Source: a virus. From it: a stretch of DNA of 64,000 nucleotides. The position numbers and the translations under genes are program-made. The first letter of the stretch is position 1, and the number at the start of each line of letters is the position of its first letter. This document shows, one piece after another, positions 46,401 through 53,424 of this stretch. The DNA is taken from positions 1-64,000 of IMG/VR virus record IMGVR_UViG_3300044730_000313; one strand, written 5' to 3'. The notes under the pieces were generated by a model. It saw only the letters and a program-made list of their open reading frames with translations, was not told the DNA's origin and ran no database searches.

Positions 46401-47321
46401 CCACTTAGCACCACTTGTCACCTTAGCTCCTTGGGCAGCATAGGCCAATCCTTGTAGTGTAATTAGTTGATTAGGGTTGGCACCAGCCAGTCTAGCTGCA
46501 TTAAGGGCATCATCTATTTTAGATGTACCTGTAGCAAGTTTGCTAAGGTAGACAGAAGTTTTACCAAGAGCACTGGTTACACCAGCTCCAAGTCTAGCAA
46601 GCTGAGCTCCTATCACTGGAAGTGTTGCAGCTCCTCCAGTGGCTGCTGTAATAGCAAGATCTGTTACAATAGCATTACCAATTGCACCCACTCCAAAGAA
46701 TAAGTTCTTGATTACACCATCTCCCCAGAAGTTTGCAGAACCTCTCGTGAATGGTATAACACCAGCCATTGGATTCTCACGTTCATACTTATCAATATAG
46801 TTTGGAAGAAGATCCTCAAATTGTCTTAGGTTCTCACTGATGTCTTTTTCCCATCCGTATTGTTTGGAAACCTCATCATATGATCCTTTTCTAATTGCAT
46901 CTATTCCATGAGGAATGCTAGCAAAACCTTGCAAGAAGGTTCCGCCCATTGTTCCAAGTCCTTTTACAACACCATTTGTAAGTTTATCAAGAGGACCTTG
47001 GTTCTGTGCATGTAAATCCTCCAGATCAATACCTCTGTCATACACATTGTATCGTCTGGAAGCATCGTTCAGTTCTGATTGAAAAACAAATTGACTAGGA
47101 GATCCAAATCCAAAGTCACGCTTTGGAATACTAGATAGCTGTTTAATCTCTTCTAAAGATATCCCACCTCTTGCAGGATTAGGATCAGCATACCCACCAA
47201 ATTTAGATGGACCTGGTATGTTAATATCCGAAGAGTAGGGAGAACTTAAATAGGAATTTATCCTAGGAAGATTTCCAGGTTGACGGAGATCACGCAATAA
47301 TTCTTCATCAAAAAGAGGCAT
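34449..47321 (-). CDS. virion-packaged DNA-dependent RNA polymerase polyprotein (crAss-like)
   Basis: 4290 aa; GFRIPTQ...KAGSDFDIDKL catalytic two-barrel motif at about 37278-37304; Gly/Ala-rich hydrophobic N-terminal region; degenerate zincin YHEIFE. Confidence 0.88.
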   Translation of the reverse strand: MPLFDEELLRDLRQPGNLPRINSYLSSPYSSDINIPGPSKFGGYADPNPARGGISLEEIKQLSSIPKRDFGFGSPSQFVFQSELNDASRRYNVYDRGIDLEDLHAQNQGPLDKLTNGVVKGLGTMGGTFLQGFASIPHGIDAIRKGSYDEVSKQYGWEKDISENLRQFEDLLPNYIDKYERENPMAGVIPFTRGSANFWGDGVIKNLFFGVGAIGNAIVTDLAITAATGGAATLPVIGAQLARLGAGVTSALGKTSVYLSKLATGTSKIDDALNAARLAGANPNQLITLQGLAYAAQGAKVTSGAKWGLGLFNSARTEAAIEAADGEHTITEALINDYKAKNNGESPGGADLEEIKQTAADARNVRFGINMALLTVSNAVQYGSLLRAFTAPAAARAAARGIAVGPGGVRLAEGSLDVFERQVAKTATGKVWDYVKPTLKNVLTEGVYEEGGQFAAEKGTFDYYTRKYKNLKDEGNLDNWRTTNEVMAATIEGLSEQFTSSEGLKNMVIGGISSVIMGGMSNRVQRAMGVPTDNERLQSAVNLLNRYGITGMLQDQYSDTLNAKGIAQEMQDAVDSGNVFKYKNLKHDMFFNLVNSRSRNGMHDVTVEQLKMLKDLNEAEFTKTFGMDFSETNKKTVSSYVDSLIEKANEMNSTITSINESFRNPFVSYDDPKTEEEAIENFKHDTVNEWKTNLAYYSTVASDVDGRLKNIEQDLVAINPLLNNNTASSLTNRTGLKELSSIYEQKAKMLGETITEFTSPADKKSIRNQIKTLRTLSERINLALNNNNLDLKTFGTLLNFELSGQQSIEDQQVPSDKIEQIYKLGADINGLLQHKKDAQASVDALSTEGGFNKFFEQAEKMSEEQEAAVEEQEVKEEEEAVEEKPLEFVNKAGLKEIPQTDREYQLDGLKLAKVTKIADDRYEVVSPLGESTFYGNKEDADQAAEDMNENIQDLQKVKVLAINEDGTIKVEDLAGNIQNIKPTQMAGYERIQTAQEKLIEKKEELTRQQDEIEKNSGGVTTIDSSQEFGEREPAKREVSILFTGGITESETYNDPAKSAPHVIRSRRFLNNVKNNKNRANVKAILVTPNQEAGLGLTGLAALSYKVDTTKMTEAELKEFNATIRKPDTGFIAQVFVVQKGNKLFFADEAGNPMNEVGTQVDLNKVVFQTMPTPELNDSKGNPRYRAGQEAEAKAYSEAWAKYREQLMGAPATAFTIYDFRISRGIPIVNDVPLLDENGSPVRNAEGKPILTFERNHVGEVLVPEDKVGNKGLILISITGEIIHNGLPVNVLRGTPVLQYGDTLQVLNNRAFNKAEAKTIFRLLSELSKGFALNSNLEESYVNFLQNVLHWKQGKSPSKNQVYINPDTMELRIAGKDIPLSEVADREAEIMEELQKTFSNVNNKTIFSDYAFTEYFIDQNDQIASREWPSYNSYLLSASYPDGSKRSVKETPLFTSVSKPTASIPYSYMQKYAVLEGLELDVQYTAPAQQAAAQGVPTVDGYVLDGKTTGIYSLRKEFGDVEFTASVEPNGSVTVELVDSQLTKDTLARIAKNKDLINNQIVPQLKELGIYDPVRDVEKTDEEIAGDYVSLVAATSLGQKLKEKPAAAPVAPTAAPVSNTDLSNIESFETSKGSVYTVLPDGKVERFKTAANEKHEPAELIVFVKFDNSDQEEDFLSAQNRQGGMKLYVIDAEGNIYNKNSEVAGKNVKLAIIKDDKVLAAIDASTEPKIGYNTFDQRRFEKDGEKYRSTHLGNDVTKINYKSPAAPVSDKKAEIEERKKQDLAKLDTLKKEIGDAFSGHSSTNDLLQAIGKFFVNNFGWKFEGNRGYSIYVSKERNRTELDINGLEVNLPEGSTVGIMGGSHYARFTPQEIIEAKYDAELAALEGAKPGQPYNNKGTTGPSTDFRVIAKGEKKEDKIDNLDLAEFRKWHAANVPGIPFEILENIIRRNPDITAWGVFENGVAKFYRSATRGTEYHEIFEGIWKGFLSPGERQDLLNEFKGQSGTFRDRASGRDIEYAAATDKEAKERIADDFADFRLGKLPARSLKELMLRFFRSIMNFFKNFNAKPTLKQQLFEAIDMGKFKESVLPDTVKNEAAEYKEIEGLSEQQAQKFVEDMTARVAGLVFLKAKKFLYSPQKLTGKQIFGEVEEMYLREGETPGWTGVNKRTKLGDARWNALVQRTKEKLRTMGVNFDIEDRPSLNNEETNKNDYAPEPFTVDVKKSSSFDVKFTLATLFKAKAMDQSNSLTLEMPEAQIDPEVLGYKLLNFSTAFATLLERLSNTSGVNNTMDKLIELAANDSDYVRMFTRLGGKKDKSVPYGNFKAEDWRFFINFIQTFTRQRPDAMVQRVAGGQTFTTSANIQTAARQQVDTWVTNMKVLARTDKGAVFYNAKTETYKASVDKIKEMTIESPKKMIEFLNQIGVTFDMDTYKKLKTYGGDKSQKSQFANAVKDIRAFLQKANDLVSISGQTLGITTQLNTLGRLYVNANNPNQDITYFGIERKRMQAYIDNNTSSVFENEFNESATLDELLEKRPELKDIFSTNSQILKKGGLYFDKEGNRIREIKVMTIQGVDDSDAGDSKSISKLGLGEGLSLEINQNLNGNYYILIPADSSTEWMMNVGNQVSYQEFVDGKAWNKIYKIYKGYLMDDIALARDFKNRGKLKNVKERAKELRFFNDILRPKTLNELNSMIADKSVSMDEITKYVNENQESINQDVAAFIDGIATKTMNLLRSNSQISYVEGGVFWESLDNGFARENKIDKNKPIIEDVAKQILLFRTANYTISNIEYHKMLFGDPLQFSTEDGKFDETKRIKSFLSPRKTTFDMAEFDNFLNDNMNEVAGIMLQPGDPGYYNHKAYTRTVTLVDPKIASVLANTIPAYVGIKEADAASWLMDNTFREIKLKNGQWSDEAENFHQWQMAYTRKKLAAKGKYTYRSPELKAYDEKLTSTPSPKYTLEVLKPIVSGVKYNANNINLVLDKFSQMPIYYSMVEGKSLEKFYIQMLEQGYGYAIVESGRKVGAEGLHNLYNPNGTFNEEVFNNFVDVPWKAYGIQVENIYDEGKEQTRGSQPTKLVSIDLFANGQVFAATGQRAEYIKELYKRNVRDLDRMHVNAYNRLLKKLGIIDNGQGFTLEDKQALSELLVYEMFRRELSENAKDTVRLNEEDEFNIPFEASPSYVQIRNIIYSMINKAILSPSMGGKPLVQAPVTMWENAEKGRSLVQKTDEGWKKISREAYEALDDSKKKKVRMTSDTLKFYTKDQPYMEVLLPHWFKDKLAAKKFKTEEELLNYINNSPDGAKILRGIGFRIPTQSLSSIDSFKVVGFLPQYMGDTVIVPTELVTKAGSDFDIDKLNTYLRNVYVDATGNLRLVKYKGSEEATKEFFTKVYEDTIQTEIDRIEKFEEFRDKLYDVLFKMEGLQDYSSESITAVLDEQEIDFFRNHKNLFKEIVKQAADANVDASEYVAQQVENLADKKTKLTKKILNDKLKTEFVEDMYKRSLENEYYDSFEELLTLPENRQRLLSPVGDGGLKEIALEIEDLTNDREADVKNKILDPNYMATLRHAFLTAKRWVGIGAVNITNQSLSQKVTVIMDPERIKDSPAFDQKFLGDGTLLLPHNKVTINGKEYISMSGVMDADNKLYISDGLSGYITSFVDVAKDPYIMKIIRSDKAVGTFMLMQRIGVPIRTAALFMNQPIIKQYLELVEGTGSRGLFRAANMKNIRNRFPVKDKDQQTVEVAKTIDTEALAENIREFANNGKLSTLKKNAEQQLIFDQFLRLAMMAKYNFSFTQAINFDTTKFKSSDALGRKIMKSDIAKETNIFTSPEEVLNNSHIGLQKRILDMSDDAVGSIFVLDQDRFRGITDKILDQYKRKEYMSEDDYARTANKIRASFLDYIIQTKTGLNAAIKPLLIDANTSVATRLAEAKTLYANELPILRQLEVRFNRDNGIHTVMLMANVKDAASENMYIGMMRELRNNPKTNQLYKDLITLSILQGTYQTGVSIKNIIPIEDYSAIVAPVIGGLQVTEDMDAFADGMFQRNNWDDNNVFYPVREVFFKTTADRPTFSDIAGEEVYEYYSPVFPNNEALKIKSSDRKILYLDENYDNEAINSGDYVKIRRIVANKNGGELVDVLKGVGVSGKAYAFMKKAGNPILTQVLGYQKVTYPDGTPVTIGVKNYKNEIENKYVYKLINLYGEGAFGSEYYTDFKPSVVDNNTLRIKNEIPNADIIAALSQNIKVDDIVQQSPTPTTATKITTPSGKLKLKDGKEYLISDINADLLEKIGYKPKEIGKLLKSIC

Positions 47322-47324
47322 GTC

Positions 47325-49682
47325 TTAGTTGTTTTTCTGATTAAAAGCCTGTACAGTTCTAGGACCGATTTGTTGTAGAACGGTGCCTAAAACATCCTCA
47401 TTAACATAGTCAGAAAGTTCTCCTTTCTTCCAGTTACCATTTTGCAAACTGTACATTATCACCTTGAATCTATCAAAGGGTCCACCGTTATTATCTTTAG
47501 ATCCTTCTATATCAATCCTTGTTGTAACATCAAAACCTGTTCCTACAAGACCTGGGATTTCAAATCCAAACATTCTAGCTCCTGCAGGGTTTCTATCTCC
47601 AAAGGAATTTGTTGTTTTTGTATCTGATTGAAGAACTTCTCTTTTTATCTCACCAATAGGGTTGGTGTAAGAAAACCTAGGGAAGTGCATCATCATCTCT
47701 TGGGCAGATAAAGGAAGTACTTGTTTTGTTACTGTTTTCTTAGACCCTTCACCACTAACAACATTTACAGTGAGCACTCCAGAACCGTCAGCATTCTTTT
47801 GTAATACAGGTACAGTTTTCTTAACATCCTCTGCTGCTACTGTTAAAGCGGCCTCGCTAGCTGTAGCATCTGTTCCCAAAGTTCCCAATCTCAACTGTTG
47901 AAGTTTATTAGATAGTATATTCCTAAGCGCTTTTTCTGTGGCTTTTCCTTCTGGGTTTAAGCCAGCATACTGACCACCACGTTGTACAGCAAGTCTTTGT
48001 GCAATATAGTCAGCCTCAAAATTCACTTGTTTTTCTGCAGCTTCAGCAGCACTAAGAGGTCCAAGTTTTTCAACTTCTCTTTGAGCCCAAGTTGTAGCTG
48101 AGTTTCCAAGATTACTTATGTTATCGTATTGACTTTCAATGTTTTTTCTAGCTTTGATGTAGTTGAGAGCGTCACTGTTTTTAAGCTGTGTTGGGTTTGC
48201 TAGATAGTCCATGTATAATACATCTAAGGCATCCTTCCTAGCATTACCTTTTAAGTTGGGGAATATTCTAGCTCCATAATCATTATTTAATGATCCAACA
48301 CCTAAGAGCATTTGTTGCCTAGCGTCTGTCTTAATCTCATCAGATGTAAACCTAACATCTTTAGGATCTAAAGGAAGCGGATAGGTTGCAGGATTATCTT
48401 TCTCTGCCTCATCTAAAAGCTCTTGTTTCTTTTCAGTGAGTTCAACAGCCCATTTTTGTTCTGCAAGATTTTGTGCTCTTTGTGCAAGACCTAGTCTTGC
48501 TTGTTGCATACTAGCACTAAACTCAAACTTCTTCTTATCAAAAAGGGCTCTCCAAATAGGATTGCTTACAATTTGTTCCTCACGATTAACTATCTGTAAG
48601 TCTTGAGATAGGTTGGTAAGGGTTTTCTCTGTATACACTTTATACTTATAGTCATTTAGGTCTGCTACATTTTCTATTGCTGTAGCACCCTGTGTATACA
48701 TCTTTTCAAATGACCCATCTGTTAGCTTAGCATTTCCCGTTGCTATGGCAGCCTCGTATTGTGCCACTTGATCAGCAGTGAGCTTGTCATTCTTTTCAAG
48801 CTCAACAGACATGTCTACAACATTGTCATGAAGCAGTTTCTTCTGACTGCTAACAGTGGTATACAAATCATTTATAAGGCTTTGTTTTGTAACACCCTTA
48901 TAATGATATCTTGCATCAATCATTAGTTGACGCTTGTCATTCTCTGTAAGGCTGCTCATGAAGTTGTTCAAAATCCTCTGGGCTGTAATGCCAGAGGTTT
49001 TGATACGTTGCATGGTTAGATCAAGTTCTTTCTGTCCACCACCAGATGGGTCAGTGGAAGCACTTATCACTCTACCTTGAGCATCCTTCTTGAAGAATAA
49101 GACATTACCTTTATCATCTGTCTTCCAGGGAATATCGGCAGAACTCTTTTCCTCTTTAAGCTTTTCATAAACCTTTCTTAACTTCTCATCCATGTTTGTA
49201 TAGGAAACATACTCACCTGTAAATAGGCTATTAACGTTCCCATCATTCAACCAACTGTTTTTCTGTTCTAGATAATAGTCTTCGTTTTGAACAGATGACT
49301 TACCTTCTTGTTTAGCCTTGTCTAGGATAGCATCTTGATTCTTAATCCTTTGTGTAGAAAGTACAGCGTTCTGGATGGTGGGGTCCTTGATAATTTGGTT
49401 CACCATTCCACCAACAGAGTTGACTAATTGGAAGTTAGAGAAGTCCCCAGCAGCTACAGTTTTGAGGTTGTTTCCAAGCTCATTGAGTTTAGACTGCAAA
49501 TACATCTTATGTAGGGGCTTAGAAATATCCAGTCCAGCAACAGTATCTATCTGAGACTGAATCTTTTGGATGCCCTCATCATAGCGCTTCTGTTTCTCCA
49601 TGCCCACCTGCACCATTGCCTCTACGGGCAATTGTTGCACATACGGGTTAAACTGGGGTATTATATCGGTAAATGAAGCCAT
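47325..49682 (-). CDS. cargo/ejection protein
   Basis: 785 aa, predicted helical; immediately upstream of the vRNAP, as in crAss-like genomes. Confidence 0.6.
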   Translation of the reverse strand: MASFTDIIPQFNPYVQQLPVEAMVQVGMEKQKRYDEGIQKIQSQIDTVAGLDISKPLHKMYLQSKLNELGNNLKTVAAGDFSNFQLVNSVGGMVNQIIKDPTIQNAVLSTQRIKNQDAILDKAKQEGKSSVQNEDYYLEQKNSWLNDGNVNSLFTGEYVSYTNMDEKLRKVYEKLKEEKSSADIPWKTDDKGNVLFFKKDAQGRVISASTDPSGGGQKELDLTMQRIKTSGITAQRILNNFMSSLTENDKRQLMIDARYHYKGVTKQSLINDLYTTVSSQKKLLHDNVVDMSVELEKNDKLTADQVAQYEAAIATGNAKLTDGSFEKMYTQGATAIENVADLNDYKYKVYTEKTLTNLSQDLQIVNREEQIVSNPIWRALFDKKKFEFSASMQQARLGLAQRAQNLAEQKWAVELTEKKQELLDEAEKDNPATYPLPLDPKDVRFTSDEIKTDARQQMLLGVGSLNNDYGARIFPNLKGNARKDALDVLYMDYLANPTQLKNSDALNYIKARKNIESQYDNISNLGNSATTWAQREVEKLGPLSAAEAAEKQVNFEADYIAQRLAVQRGGQYAGLNPEGKATEKALRNILSNKLQQLRLGTLGTDATASEAALTVAAEDVKKTVPVLQKNADGSGVLTVNVVSGEGSKKTVTKQVLPLSAQEMMMHFPRFSYTNPIGEIKREVLQSDTKTTNSFGDRNPAGARMFGFEIPGLVGTGFDVTTRIDIEGSKDNNGGPFDRFKVIMYSLQNGNWKKGELSDYVNEDVLGTVLQQIGPRTVQAFNQKNN

Positions 49683-49697
49683 GACACATTAAGTTAG

Positions 49698-49729
49698 CAA
49701 ATGTAATATGAATAATTATAATTTCCAAG
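49698..49729 (-). promoter_or_regulatory. Bacteroidota-type promoter for the vRNAP operon
   Basis: CTTG, 20-nt spacer, TACATTTG (49705-49698). Confidence 0.6.
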
Positions 49730-49757
49730 AGCTATAACGAGTTTTGGTAAATCGCTA

Positions 49758-49772
49758 TAACTGAATCAGTTA
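49758..49772. promoter_or_regulatory. palindromic operator-like site
   Basis: TAACTGA-A-TCAGTTA perfect inverted repeat. Confidence 0.5.
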
Positions 49773-52700
49773 GAGATTTTTGAAAGCTTTGACCACTGAG
49801 CTATTTAGGCTCTTCTTTTTGCTCACACTTATTCCTTTTCTCCCACCTCTTTTGTATTGTTCTTCTATCTCCTCCGCTGTAAACATTTGATCATCAAGCT
49901 CTTGTTCAGTGATTGGGGCAGGGGCTTGAACTGCAGGTGCTGAAGGAGCTGCTGCTGGAACTTTTCCTTGTGAAACAATTGGAGGTGTGGCAGTAGTACC
50001 AGGAGCCATTACTTGGTACTGCTTTCCATCAGGACCAACATACACTGTAGGTATCTGAGGTTGGAAAGGAGCGTTCATATTGATGGTTCTGAAGCGTGGG
50101 TCATAGCGGAAGTTGTACAGATTCTCGTATGTGGCTAACTTCCTGTTTTCCAATTGGTTACGCATGAACTTATCTCCAATAGAACTCAAGGCAGACTGTG
50201 TAATAGCTTTAGTCTTAGACTTGGCAGTTTCTTGTCTTACGTACTGTCTGTCTAGTATTTCTAGGTTTTTCAGACCGAACTCATTCAAGAGGTTTCTATT
50301 CTCTCTGTATACAGCATCCTTCATAGCCTGATTAGCTCTGAACTGCTCACCTAGCACCTTTTGGTTAGCTGCATACTTTTGAGCGTTTAGCATAGACTGA
50401 GCAGCAGGGTTATATCCCAGCATCCTTTGTTGTGATCTGAAGGCAGCTTCGTTCTCATTCAAAATATCCTGATAGGATATATCATAAGGAACAGACAGCT
50501 GAGGTTGGAGTGTTTGAGCCTGTACAGGTTCTAACTGGTTATTAGCCAAGGCATACATCTCACCAATCAATTGTCTTGGATCAAGTTCTTCTGTATCTGT
50601 AGGTCTAACGTAAGGAAGCACCTGACCGATTATATCCAATAAGGGATTTCTCTTATAAGGAGTGATGGGAATGACAGATGGACGTGCGGTTGTTTTATCA
50701 TCTGTAGTGGTAGCAGTGGTCTTCTTCTCAACATTAAGCTCACCTGAAGCAATACTAGTTGGAGTTTTCTTTGGTAGAGCAGCAATGTATTGTTCAGTGC
50801 GAGGACCAAAGAACATATCTAAGTTGGTGTCAAGAATCTCATCTGTTGAAAGCTTCTTTAGGTCATCTAAAGAATTGATACCCTTTGCTTTAGCTCTTGC
50901 TGTTACAGTGCCAGCATCCAAGATTATTTTCTTAGCAATGTCAGGGAAATACGCATGGTATCTCTTTTGAAGCTCTAATATATATGGATTTTTCTTTCCT
51001 GGATTCTGAGCATTTGCTGCTTTAGCTTTTTCATACAGCTCCATTATTTGTCTCACCTTTGCCTCTTCAGTGGTGGCAATTGGATAGTCTGATGCATCAG
51101 CTACATCTGCAGCAATAGTATTTACAACAGGTGCTGCAGCAGCTCTTGTAGACAATGGAACTACCGCTGGAGTTATCACTTCTTCTTCTGTATCAGGAAA
51201 ATCTATAGGTGCTGCAACAGGAGCGAACGGAACAGTAGCTTTTGCAGGAGCTGCTGCAGGAGCTGTTTGTTGCATTTGTTGAGCTGTTGCTTTTGGAAGC
51301 GATGGTACTGACATAGGAATTCCTAAAGGACCAGTTGCTCCTGAGGGAAGCATCATCTTCATTGCGGGAGCCACTTGTCGTGCAGTTCTTGAAACTCCAA
51401 GAACAGGTGACAATATAGGTCCAAATAATCCTCCAAATTGAGCGTTTTGTTTTATAGCCTTCTTGTCCATCTTCACTTTACCTCTAGCCAAATCATCAGC
51501 AACCAATCCCATTTCTTCAGCTGTATCATTGATGGCATTCTGCAAGGATGCAGCAGTCATCTTCTTATCTGCAAGCTCTTTGAGTTTTTGATTAGCTCCT
51601 AACATAGTGTATTGCAAGGAGTTGAGTGTCATTTTATCTATAGGCGTGCTCACCTCAAAGTCTTCTAACATCTGCGTTGCTTTATCAAGCTTTTTGTTCT
51701 GCTTGTTCTCTTTCTTAGATAGATCAGCCACATAGGTTTTGAACTTCTTACCCTTAGCCTCTTCTCCAAGCATTGGAATATAAGACTTAGGTATCTTGAG
51801 ATTACCAAACACTACAAGGTTAGAATCACCACTTGTGCCATCTTGTAGCTTTACAGCAGGTTCACCTCTTTCCACCTCTACAGGGTTCTCACCATAGGTG
51901 ATACCAATACCAGTGTTTCCTCTTCCATCAGACTCATCGTGGGATTGACCTCTGAACATGATAGTTTCACCACCATCTGGTAGATAGGGATTCTGAGACA
52001 TTGTTTCTGCATATCCACCCCAGTGTGTCTGGAGCTCTCCACCCATTTGCATAGCTGGTCTTTCTGTAGACATAGCTCGTGCACTAGGAGGAGTGTAGGC
52101 TTTCAGGTGACCACCAGCTCTGAGCATATCTGCATCATGAGGAGGCTTTAGAAGGTCTTTTACATTGTGCCCTCCAAAGGATACAATCTTCTGTGGTTGC
52201 CATGTATGACTTACCCATTTGTATGGAGATGTCATTCCACCATCTTCCATGTTAGCACCAAACTGTTGCTGAACACCTATTCCAAAGTTTTGTCCTACAA
52301 TTTTGTTTATGTTTTGTCTAGACAAATCTTGTTGATTCTCAATCTTTTTCTCTTGTAGTCTATCAATTGCAGACCCTATGAACCTAGTTGCAAAACCGAT
52401 GGGTCCACCAAACAAACTACCAACACTACCAAGCACCTCACTATATCCACCAGTTGTACCTCCTCCAGCAATGTTAGCAAGTTGTTGACCTTGTGAACTT
52501 CCCAAAGCATCCATAAATGCTCCACCACCAGCAGCCTTATGCAGCTTACCACCATGATAGAATTGCTTGTAACGCTCACTATCATTCAAGGGTTCATATC
52601 CAAGATTGTCATAAAGTGTACCAGGAGCATAGGTGTTCATGATTTCTCCACCCCCTACAGATGCTCCAAACTCAGCAAGCACATTTGTACCTACGCCATA

Positions 52701-53423
52701 AGATGGGAACATTTGTTCTGGTTGAAATGCCATATCTTCTGGTCTAAGATATTGTCTTCTAGGCTCTTGTACAGGTCTACTAGCAGCAGCCTGACCCATT
52801 ACATCCGTTAAAGCAGTTTGCTGTTTTGCTGCTCTATATGCTTCTCTTTGAGCCTTAATGTTTTGAATACCACCAATCACCTGACCAATAACAGGGATAC
52901 CTTTTGCTAAGTTAGGCTTCTTTTTAGGGGACGGCATAGCTGGAACATTATAATCAGTTCCCCAGTTAAACTGTTGTTGCTGAAGGTTTTGTGCACTAGG
53001 TGTAAGTTGAGGGCCAGTAGGACCTAGTCCAGGAATCTCATTTCCTACCTGAGATTTTGCAACTTTCTTTCCTTTCTTGGCACCAGCCATTTCTGCAAAC
53101 TGTGCCACCTGGCCCATGTCCATTCCACCACCTTGACCACCACCACTCTGAGCTATTTGAGCTGCAGCTTGTTGAATAGCTTCCATTTTAGCACGGTCAG
53201 CACTGGTCATACCTGTAAACTGGTAATCAAGCTCATCATACATACCACGAACATCAGCAGGCTGATACATAGTGGAGGGTGCTTCACTGGTCATATACGT
53301 ACCTATCTGAGCCTTCTTAAGCTCTTTACCATGCTTGGCCATGAATGCTTCTTCTGTAGGAAACTTCTTGTAGAATTCCTTTTCAGACTTAACACCAGCG
53401 ATCTTTAGAATGTTCTTTTTCAT
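49770..53423 (-). CDS. internal virion/cargo protein with repeated xxxGG motifs
   Basis: 1217 aa, Q/A/G/M-rich, GQSHDES..G...VEVERGE module, many [AYMLF]xxGG motifs. Confidence 0.65.
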   Translation of the reverse strand: MKKNILKIAGVKSEKEFYKKFPTEEAFMAKHGKELKKAQIGTYMTSEAPSTMYQPADVRGMYDELDYQFTGMTSADRAKMEAIQQAAAQIAQSGGGQGGGMDMGQVAQFAEMAGAKKGKKVAKSQVGNEIPGLGPTGPQLTPSAQNLQQQQFNWGTDYNVPAMPSPKKKPNLAKGIPVIGQVIGGIQNIKAQREAYRAAKQQTALTDVMGQAAASRPVQEPRRQYLRPEDMAFQPEQMFPSYGVGTNVLAEFGASVGGGEIMNTYAPGTLYDNLGYEPLNDSERYKQFYHGGKLHKAAGGGAFMDALGSSQGQQLANIAGGGTTGGYSEVLGSVGSLFGGPIGFATRFIGSAIDRLQEKKIENQQDLSRQNINKIVGQNFGIGVQQQFGANMEDGGMTSPYKWVSHTWQPQKIVSFGGHNVKDLLKPPHDADMLRAGGHLKAYTPPSARAMSTERPAMQMGGELQTHWGGYAETMSQNPYLPDGGETIMFRGQSHDESDGRGNTGIGITYGENPVEVERGEPAVKLQDGTSGDSNLVVFGNLKIPKSYIPMLGEEAKGKKFKTYVADLSKKENKQNKKLDKATQMLEDFEVSTPIDKMTLNSLQYTMLGANQKLKELADKKMTAASLQNAINDTAEEMGLVADDLARGKVKMDKKAIKQNAQFGGLFGPILSPVLGVSRTARQVAPAMKMMLPSGATGPLGIPMSVPSLPKATAQQMQQTAPAAAPAKATVPFAPVAAPIDFPDTEEEVITPAVVPLSTRAAAAPVVNTIAADVADASDYPIATTEEAKVRQIMELYEKAKAANAQNPGKKNPYILELQKRYHAYFPDIAKKIILDAGTVTARAKAKGINSLDDLKKLSTDEILDTNLDMFFGPRTEQYIAALPKKTPTSIASGELNVEKKTTATTTDDKTTARPSVIPITPYKRNPLLDIIGQVLPYVRPTDTEELDPRQLIGEMYALANNQLEPVQAQTLQPQLSVPYDISYQDILNENEAAFRSQQRMLGYNPAAQSMLNAQKYAANQKVLGEQFRANQAMKDAVYRENRNLLNEFGLKNLEILDRQYVRQETAKSKTKAITQSALSSIGDKFMRNQLENRKLATYENLYNFRYDPRFRTINMNAPFQPQIPTVYVGPDGKQYQVMAPGTTATPPIVSQGKVPAAAPSAPAVQAPAPITEQELDDQMFTAEEIEEQYKRGGRKGISVSKKKSLNSSVVKAFKNL

Positions 53424-53424
53424 G

